This document shows, piece after piece, positions 21,779-29,515 of a stretch of DNA of 29,515 nt. The notes under the pieces were generated by a model. It worked only from the letters and a program-made list of their open reading frames with translations, was not told where the DNA came from and ran no database searches. The stretch covers positions 24,100,510-24,130,024 of the forward strand of contig NC_057749.1 in the NCBI RefSeq assembly GCF_004010195.1. Direction: 5' to 3'. The number at the start of each line of letters is the position of its first letter. The stretch's first letter is position 1. The stretch comes from Chiloscyllium plagiosum (taxonomy: Eukaryota). The translations under genes and the position numbers were made by a program.

Positions 21779-22427
21779 AATTTGCATTTAGATATCACCT
21801 AAATCACCTTCTTTGATTCCTCTTCAATGTGAAACCATGGGGATGTACCTGCACCAGATGGACGGCTGTGGTTCAAGATGCTAGCTCACCACCACCTTCT
21901 CAAGGGCAATGGGAACGTCCCATGCCCACAAGTTGGCTGACACTTTCCTGACTTTACAATGTTGACTGTGCTTCGAGAGTTTGTCATTGGGTGTGAAATG
22001 GGTCCAGACAGGCACACCCACTTCCCATGGAAATAAATAAATTGTGTGGATCAAGAAAAGCTTAAAAGCCCAGCGAGCAATGTTGGCTGAAATGTGGATA
22101 ATAGAATGCACCTGGCATATCTGTTAGGATTTTTTTATTTTTGCAATGCATAAGTGATTTGGACATACACTGGGGGACTATGATGTTGGAACTTACTGCT
22201 ATTGAGTTAGGGAGCAGTGTACATAATATAATAGGCAAGGGCTAGGGGCAAGTAAATGGCAGTTGCAATTCAATGCAGCAAATGAGAAAACTATATATTG
22301 GAGTGAGAGAAGAAAATTAAAAGCCAGTATATTCCAAACAGTAAAATTCTCAATAATGGATGGAGTGAGACAGTTGGCAGGACAGAGAGACATATCTTTA
22401 ATAGTTAGGAGTGTTACGTGACTCTTT

Positions 22428-22594
22428 CCTGACGACGGACTTATGCCCAAAATGTCGACTCTCCTGTCCCTCGGATGCTGCCTGACCTGCTGTGCTTTTC
22501 CAGCCCCACACTCTCGACTCTGATCTCCAGCATCTGCAGCCCTCACTTTCTCCTGTTCGGTCCAACCAGTCCATGCCGACTATAATCACAAACT
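22428..22594 (+). mobile_element. HHR mini-element, family B (22428-22554, degenerate HHR) plus a 40-bp antisense CR1-tail piece
   Basis: CTGACGACGGACTTATGCCCAAAATGTCGA plus tail; TSD TGACTCTTT at 22419-22427 and 22595-22603. Confidence 0.82.
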
Positions 22595-22942
22595 TGACTC
22601 TTTGCAGGTTTTAGAGGTGCCTTTAACAACATGGGACTGGGCATTGGCATGATTTTTTAAAAAAGGATGCAATTTTCAAGTTAATAGCAAAACCTGTGCC
22701 ATGTTTCATTACTACAGTTTTATACTGTTAAACTGCTCTGGGCCTCTCTGTCATTTCAGATGAATGGGCACTCCCACAACGTTACATTCGAGGAGATGTT
22801 TGGACTCAAGGTTGTAAAACCAGGGTGGACGTATGATTTTCTGAATCTGAAACAAGACAGCTCTGCACTGAGCCACAGATGAAGGCAAAGGACTCTGTGG
22901 AGCTACTCAATAGAGAACAGAGGTGTTTATTTCCCTAATGTT

Positions 22943-23243
22943 GGCACGGTAGCTCAGTGGTTAGCACTGCTGCCTCACGGGACCTGGGTCCGATTCCAGC
23001 CTCAGGCGACTGTCTGTGTGGAGTTTTCACATTCTCCCCGTGTCTGCATGGGTTTTCTCCCGCAGTCCAAAGATGAGGTGGATTGGCCTAGGTTACCCCA
23101 TAGCGTCCAGGGCTGTGCAGGCTAGGTGAACTGACCATGGCAAATGTGGGTGATAGGATAGGAGTCTGGGTGGATGTTCCTCAAAGGGTTGGTGCAAATG
23201 TGATGGGCCGAATGGCCTCTTTCCACACTGCAAGGATTCTATG
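22943..23243 (+). mobile_element. HE1 V-SINE inserted in an older DeuSINE
   Basis: A box TAGCTCAGTGG, degenerate B box, V-domain, tail TTCCACACTGCAAGGATTCTATG. Confidence 0.9.
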
Positions 23244-23244
23244 T

Positions 23245-23435
23245 CATCGCTGATATCTCTCTCTCAACCAGTGTCACTAAAACAGTCCAGCTGGCCGTTA
23301 GCTCACTGCTGCTCATGGGATCTTCCTATGCACATGTTGGCCGACACGTTTTAGACTTTACAACTGTGTCTGCAGTTCAGTCCTCGGCTGTGAAATGCTT
23401 TCTGACATCGGGAGGTCATGGAAAGGACTTTGAAA
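23245..23435 (+). mobile_element. DeuSINE/L2-like 3' tail remnant
   Basis: CTCAACCAGTGTCACTAAAACAG..TGGGATCTT..GGCTGTGAAATGCTTT..GAGGTCATGGAAAGG resembles the recalled SacSINE1/AmnSINE1 3' part. Confidence 0.6.
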
Positions 23436-24391
23436 ATCCACATTATACTCCTTTTAATTGCGCAGTCTGTAATCATTACTAAAGTTAATCCCTGGCACAT
23501 CATGAAATTTAGTGTGTTTAAAATATTTTCCTTGATTAATTTAAAGGAACAAATTTTGCATGGCTTTGAATTAAAAAGCAAGATATGGTAAATTCAACAA
23601 AAGAATTCCAAAGAATAGATATCACATCAAAAATCAGTTACCTTCTCCAGCTTAATGCAAGAAGAAATGATCTGATTTAATTATTTGTGTGGATCAAATT
23701 CCTGCTTTTTTGTTTTGCCCCTAATTACAAAATGTCCTTTCAATTAGCCTGAAAGAACAAGAGATGTGCGATCACTCAGAAGGGTTGGATGAGAAGGGAA
23801 AGGGCACATCGAAATCAAACACTGCACTTCAGGGAATTCTGTGTCAATTTCTAGGAATGTGGGCCAGTGCTGGAGGTCTGAGGTTTATATCATCGGGGCT
23901 GTGTGACAGCTTTTAATTCTGAAATCCAAACAGATGCCAAAGCTCGCTCACTGCCCTGCAACATTTCCTTCTTAACAGGCAGAGCAAATGCTTTCGTCAA
24001 TACAAATTCGGGTGACTCCAGATCTCAGCCCTTAAAAAGCCTGGCCCTGAATCTCTTCAGGCCTCCACAGGAAGCTACAGAGTCCCGGAGATGTCGTGTA
24101 AATATAGCTGACTGCCTGGATAAACATGCATCTGCTTAATGAAGTCACCAGCAAGCCCTGGCTTCCGTCATGGGCTGTCATAGAATACGTGCTTTAAATG
24201 GTTTCATTGTCAAAAGGTCTGTTGTTGCAGCCTCGAGGCTTCACTGAAAGAATATGTTCTATTCAGGGGCATCAATGAGGGTTTTAGGAACCTCCTCCTC
24301 CATGACCAACTTCTGAGAGAGGGTAAATTGGCTCATTACTTCCACGTCAATCAGCAATCTGTTGCTATACCTCTAGTCCTGACTCCCCTTT

Positions 24392-24631
24392 ATCACAGAA
24401 TCCCTACAGTGTGGAAACAAGCCCAACAAGTCCAACATCATGGGCAATTTAGCATGGTCAATTCACCCTAACCTGCACATCTTTGGATTGTGGAAGGAAA
24501 CCGGAGCACCCAGAGGAAACCCACGCAGACACGGGGAGAATGTGTAAACACCACACTGACAGTCACCTGAGAGTGGAATCGAACCCAGGTCCCTGGCATT
24601 GTGAGGCAGCCATGCTAACCACCATGCCACA
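24392..24631 (-). mobile_element. HE1 V-SINE with internal deletion
   Basis: Reversed V-domain, B box (GGAATCGAACC) and tail. Confidence 0.88.
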
Positions 24632-25047
24632 AAGGACAGTACTTCCACTGGCCTTTATGAGTAAAATAACTACACAGCTGAAGAGCCGAGTTTTACGTTT
24701 CCAGTCATCCCACCTTGATCTAGAACCCTCACCGCATGGAATCCCCTTATCATTTTATAGACCTGGATGAAATCTGCACAAATCCTGCCAACTCGAGGCA
24801 CTGGTAGCAAATTTTATACATGAACTACCGTAATGTAACTCGTTACACATCCTGGTGGTTTTCTGCTCTGCTCCCACCAAAGCAGATGCATTCTTCCCAA
24901 GGTGCAGAATTTCCAGATCCGAATGCAGTTACTCTAGTGGGGGTCTGGCCAGGATTGTGTACAAGATGAGCGTTTCAGAGGACTGAGTTATATCTGTCTT
25001 TCTCATTGTTGAAGAGCACTGGCCAGTATTACTGTCACTGTTACTGT

Positions 25048-25177
25048 CATTCCTGATGAAGAGCTTTTGCTCGAAACGGTGACTCTCCTGTCCCTCGGAT
25101 GCTGCCTGACCTGCTGTGCTTTTCCAGCACCACACTCTCGACTCTAATCTCCAGCATCTGCAGTCCTCACTTTCGCC
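25048..25177 (+). mobile_element. 130-bp HHR mini-element, family B, TSD-bounded
   Basis: CUGAUGA-A-GAGC-UUUU-GCUC-GAAACGGU (core 25053-25059) plus tail; TSD CTGTTACTGT at 25038-25047 and 25178-25187. Confidence 0.87.
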
Positions 25178-25273
25178 CTGTTACTGTTATAGTCTTGCAC
25201 TTGACTTGCTGTTGCATATCATACAAGTGTCAGTTTGTTGGCCACAACTGGCTCCATTTTGTTGAATTGTGTA

Positions 25274-25576
25274 TTAGATTAGATTAGATTAGATTAGATT
25301 AGATTAGATTACTTACAGTGTGGAAACAGGCCCTTCGGCCCAACAAGTCCACACCGCCCCCGCCGAAGCGCAACCCACCCATACCCCTACATTTACTCCT
25401 TCACCTAACACTACGGGCAATTTAGCATGGCCGATTCACCTAACCTGCACATCTTTGGACTGTGGGAGGAAACCAGAGCACCCGGAGGAAACCCACGCAG
25501 ACACGGGGAGAACGTGCAAACTCCACACAGTCAGTCGCCTGAGGCGGGAATTGAACCCGGATCTCTGGCGCTGTGA
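25274..25576 (-). mobile_element. Young HE1 V-SINE with (TCTAA)n tail
   Basis: (TTAGA)7 at 25274-25308, CpG-rich body, V-domain. Confidence 0.92.
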
Positions 25577-25764
25577 TTTGTGTTCTTCCCCTGGACTGAG
25601 TCAGACACTCAAGTGCATCCTATTTGAGATGGCAAATAATTCAGCTGGTGGGAGGAGGGTCTTCAGCAGGCTCTTCCTCCTTGATTTCACAAGAGACCAA
25701 CCCTTGAGAGGCAGCTTCTGCCAGGGGTACCACACCTGAGGCTACCAAATGCGGAAAGAACGTT

Positions 25765-26208
25765 TCAGCAAAAAGAACAGAAAAGGAGCGATTTATCTAA
25801 ATGGTGAGAGACTGCAGAGTTCTGAGATGCAAAGGGATCTTAGTGCCTGAATCATAGAAGGTTAATATACAAGTACAGCAAGTAAATCAGGAGAGCAATA
25901 ATAGAATGTTGTGTTTTATTGTGAGGGAAATTGAATGCAAAACCATAGGGCATTGGCAAGACTACATCTGGAGTACTGTGTACTTACAGAAGGATGTTAA
26001 TGTGTTGGAAGCAGTTAACAGGTTTACCAGACTAATACCCAGAATGAGTGGATTATAAGAAAGGCTAGACAGGGTGGGCCTCTATCCTCTGGAGTTTAGA
26101 AAAGTTAGAGGTGATTTGTTACTCTGCAGAGGGTCAGTGTGGACTTGTTGGGCCGAAGGGCCTGTTTCCATGCTGTAGGGAATCTAAATATATAAGACAC
26201 TAAGGGGA
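25765..26208 (+). mobile_element. Decayed CR1 ORF2 C-terminus containing an HE1 tail fragment (~26120-26188)
   Basis: Remnants of YLNGERLQ, RLHLEYCV and RGDL motifs. Confidence 0.75.
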
Positions 26209-26209
26209 C

Positions 26210-26550
26210 TGGATGTAGGTTTGCTCACTGAGCTGGAAGGTTTGTTTTCAGATGTTTCATTACCATACTAGATAACATCATCAGTGATCCTCCCGATGAA
26301 GCACTGGTGTCTTGGACCGCTTTCTATTTATGTGTTCAGGTTTCCTTAGCTTGGTGATGTAATTTCCTGTGGTGATGTCATTTTAACATCATCAGTGAGC
26401 TTCCGGATGAAGCACTGGTGTCTTGGCCCACTTTCTATTTATGTGTTCAGGTTTCCTTGGGTTGGTGATGTAATTTCCTGTGGTGACGCCATTTCCCGTA
26501 GTGATGTCATTTCCTGTTATTTTTCTCAGGGGGTGGTAAATGGGATCCAA
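26210..26550 (-). mobile_element. PLE family A pLTR with hammerhead (26248-26287) and an internal 111-bp tandem duplication
   Basis: Homologous to 305-540. HHR reads UCA-CUGAUGA-U-GUUAUC-UAGUAU-GGUAAU-GAAA-CA-UC-UGA. Confidence 0.87.
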
Positions 26551-27248
26551 GTGCCACAAGGATCGGTGCTGGGTCTCCTACTTTTTGTCATTTATATAAA
26601 TGATTTGGATGTGAGCATAAGAGGTATAGTTAGTAAGTTTGCAGATGACACCAAAATTGGAGGTGTAGGGGACAGCGAAGAAGATTACCTCAGATTACAA
26701 CAGGATCTTGATCAGATGGGCCAATGGGCTAGGAAATGGCAGTTGGAGTTTAATTCAGATAAATGTGAGGTGCTACATTTTGGAAAAGCAAGTCAGGGCA
26801 GGACTTATACACTTAATGGTAAGGTCCTAGGGGGTATTGCTGAACAAAGAGACCTTGGAGTGCAAGTTCATAGCTCCTTGAAAGTGGAGTCGCAGGTAGA
26901 TAGGATAGCGAAGAAGGTGTTTGGTATGCTTTCCTTTATTGGTCAGAGTACTGAGTACAGGAGTTGGGAGGTCATGTTGCGGCTGTACAGGACATTGGTT
27001 AGGCCACTGTTGGAATATTGCATGCAATTCTGCCTTCTTATCGGAAAGATGTTGTGAAACTTGAAAGGGTTCAGAAAAGATTTACAAGGATGTTGCCAGG
27101 GTTGGAGGACTTGAGCTATAGGGAGAGGCTAAACAGTCTGGGGCTGTTTTCCCTAGAGCATTGGAGGCTGAGGGGTGACCTTATAGAGGTTTACAAAATT
27201 ATGAGGGGCAAGGATAGGATAAATAGACAAAGTCTTTTCCCTGGGGTC
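26551..27248 (+). mobile_element. CR1 ORF2 RT domain, well preserved, one frameshift near 27030
   Basis: VPQGSVLGLLLFVIYINDLD..SKFADDTKIGG..KCEVLHFG..LYRTLVRPLLEYC, then LERVQKRFTRMLPG..RLRGDLIEVYKIM. Confidence 0.95.
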
Positions 27249-27249
27249 A

Positions 27250-27620
27250 CCAATACTCAATATGATCATGGCTAATCTCATTATCCCACTCCCACTTTCT
27301 CTCCATATCCCTTGGTGTCTTTAGCTCCAAGGGGTCACATTCAGCTCCCTCTTGAATATATCGAACAAACCATTGCTGATTTTCAGGGAAAACCCATCTG
27401 GTTCACAAATGTCTTTTAGGGAAGGAAACTGCTATCTTTATCTGGTCTGGCCTACATGTGACTCCAGACCCACAGCAATATGGTTGACTCTTAACTGGGG
27501 AATTAGACCTCAACAGCTTCCTGTGGGAGAGAATTCCACTGGTTCACGACTCTCTGAGTGAAGAAATTCTTCCTCATCACAGTCCTGAATGGCTTACACC
27601 TTATTCTTAGACTGTGAATC
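27250..27620 (-). mobile_element. CR1 3' region containing a SINE-B piece (27367-27505, plus strand)
   Basis: Reversed FFTQRVVN.WNSLP motif (TCTGAGTGAAGAAATT, GAGAGAATTCCA). Confidence 0.75.
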
Positions 27621-27819
27621 ATCACCATGGAATTTCCATGGCTACCAATAAACTAGAACGTAAACCAATAGCAGAGGCAAATAAAACAAATTAGACAATG
27701 GAAGGAATTTAGAATTCATTCTGAAGTATTAGATATGGCATAGCCAGCCTCCTCACTTATTTGTACAATAAGGACTCTTGCAGATGTTATATCTAAGACT
27801 AGATGGCCTGAGCTATGGA

Positions 27820-28095
27820 GAGGTAAGGACCCAGTGGTTATTAATCTAACAACCCAGGTAACTCTCTGAGGACTTGAGTTCAAATCCTGCCATTGTAGAT
27901 GCTGGCATTTTAATTCAACTAAGAAGCCTAATGATGTCCACGAAACCATTTTCAGGGAAAACCCATCTGGGTTCACAAATGTCTTTTAGGGAAGGAATTT
28001 GCCATCCTTATCTGGCCTGATCTACATATGACTCCAGACCCACAGCAATGACACTCATCTGGGGAATTCGGGATGAAGCACACTTCCATGAATAA
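27820..28095 (+). mobile_element. tRNA-derived SINE, family B
   Basis: B box GAGTTCAAATCC, body AAACCCATCTGG..AGGGAAGGA..GACTCCAGACCCACAGCAAT, ends ATGAATAAA. Confidence 0.8.
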
Positions 28096-28709
28096 AGAGC
28101 AAGTTGGGGTTTTGAAGAGCGACTGGGGGATACAAATGTCAGGGTGGGCACTTCCCACAGAAGGCAAAATAATCCTGAAAATCCTTTCTGGCTGAATATT
28201 CACCACAGTGTAGGTCAGTTGATACAAAATGTACACTTCTGCAGAGGGATAGCTTTCAGAGAGAAGTGTTCCTGACCCTACCTAAAGAGGCAAGTGATGG
28301 ATAAGACAGACTGTGGCAATAAAATTATTGTGCATGACTTATTAAAGGGATGGTGAGATTTGCTTTACTGGTCTGCATTGAACAAAGAGCAGGTCACACA
28401 CAGGCTTTATTGGAATCAAAAAGAGAACCTTCCACACATCTTTAAAACGCACGTCCCTGATTTCTTCTCGGGTGAGTCACAAATCTGTAATTCCAAGAAT
28501 CAACTATTTTAGGAATATAACTTTTAGGTCAGGAATGGTAAGTTTTCAATGTGAAATGAAAGAAAACACCTTCTGGTAGAAGTAATTGCCATTAATAATG
28601 TCAGGGCTGGAAGTGGGAAAACACTAAACAACTTTAGAGAGGAACATACAAAACTGGAACAGGTGAAGACCATTCAGCCCCTCGAACCTGCTCCGTCATT
28701 CAATAAGAT

Positions 28710-29015
28710 CATAGAACATAGAACAATACAGCGCAGAACAGGCCCTTCCGGCCCTCGATGTTGCGCCAACCCGTGAACTAATCTAACTTCATCCTCCTAC
28801 ACTATCCCACCATCATCCATGTGCTTATCCAAGGATTGTTTGAATCTCCCTAATGTGGCTGAGTTAACCACATTGGCAGGCAGGGTATTCCATGCCCTTA
28901 CCACTCTCTGGGTAAAGAACCTGCCTCTGACATCTATCTTAAATCTATCAGCCCTCAATTTGTAGCTATGCCTCCTCTTACAAGCTGATGTCATCATCCT
29001 AGGAAAAAGACTCTC
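28710..29015 (-). mobile_element. CR1 3' end with (TTCTATG)n tail
   Basis: RGRFFTQRVVRAWNTLPANVV..FKQSLDKHM; CATAGAACATAGAAC on the plus strand. Confidence 0.92.
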
Positions 29016-29163
29016 ATTCTGGATCAGTGGTGCTGGAAGAGCACAGCAATTCAGGCAGCATCCGAGGACAGGCAAAATCGACGTTTCGGGCAAAAGCCCT
29101 TCATCAGGAATAAAGGCAGAGAGCCTGAAACGTGGAGAGATAAGCTAGAGGAGGGTGGGGGTG
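29016..29163 (-). mobile_element. PLE family B 3' fragment with consensus hammerhead (~29075-29111)
   Basis: AUUC-CUGAUGA-A-GGGC-UUUU-GCCC-GAAA-CG-UC-GAUU; core, ACGU palindrome and GUC intact, but stem I weak. Confidence 0.85.
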
Positions 29164-29515
29164 TATTCCTACCCTAGTCATTCTTTCATTCCTGACATAC
29201 CTAGAGAAAGCCTTAGGGTTTTCCCTAATCCTAACAACTAAGGACCTTTCATGTCCCCTCCTTGCTGCTCTTAGCTCTCTCTTCAGGTCCTTCCTGGCTA
29301 CCTTATAACTCTCAATCGCCCCAATTGAACCTTCAATCCTCATCTTTGCATAGGCTGCCCTCTTCCATTTAACAAGGGATTCCAATTCCTTATTAAACCA
29401 CGGCCCCCTCACACGACCCTTTCCTCCCTGCCTGACGGGCACATACTTATCAAGGACACTCAATAGTTGCTCCTTGAACAACCTCCACATATCAATTACG
29501 CCCTTGCCTGGAAGC
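29164..29515 (-). mobile_element. CR1 ORF2 endonuclease-RT linker
   Basis: MWRLFKEQLLSVLDKYVP..PWFNKEL..IRENPKAFSRYV. Confidence 0.9.

Noticed and set aside
22759..22882. Plus-strand exon-like ORF MNGHSHNVTF...
   Set aside because: Appears to be a decayed antisense DeuSINE head; short and unrecognised.
25274..25310. Telomere-like (TTAGA)n
   Set aside because: It is the 3' tail of the adjacent minus-strand HE1 SINE.
25646..25736. Minus-strand terminal exon candidate (VVPLAEAASQGLVSCEIKEEEPAEDPPPTS*)
   Set aside because: The pyrimidine tract derives from the adjacent CR1; no recognisable homology.
26395..27057. 220-aa RT-containing ORF as a functional gene
   Set aside because: Chance fusion of an antisense PLE UTR with a 5'-truncated, frameshifted CR1 RT.
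28160..28475. Exon-like splice signals on both strands
   Set aside because: Peptides are unrecognised and no consistent phase chain links them to other candidates.

Overview
Repeat-dense, apparently intronic or intergenic vertebrate DNA with two assembly gaps (5273-5772, 15917-16670). HE1-type V-SINEs, CR1/HER1-like LINE fragments and DeuSINE remnants point to an elasmobranch (shark or ray); this is inferred from remembered repeat consensus, not a database search. No intact protein-coding gene was recognised: the ORF track consists of decayed CR1 or Penelope fragments, SINE read-through, or gap artefacts. The most notable signal is about 13 minimal type-I hammerhead ribozyme (HHR) motifs (CUGANGA-N-stemII-GAAA-palindrome-NUH) in at least four sequence families. 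Two families are physically joined to Penelope-like element (PLE) GIY-YIG fragments. Several others occur as tiny (~100-130 bp) insertions, three with target-site duplications (TSDs), that begin within 1-5 nt of the ribozyme core, suggesting non-autonomous HHR mini-retroelements. The window also shows PLE insertion signatures: inverted termini with two fixed end points, a long flanking duplication, a 3' extra segment and a target deletion.
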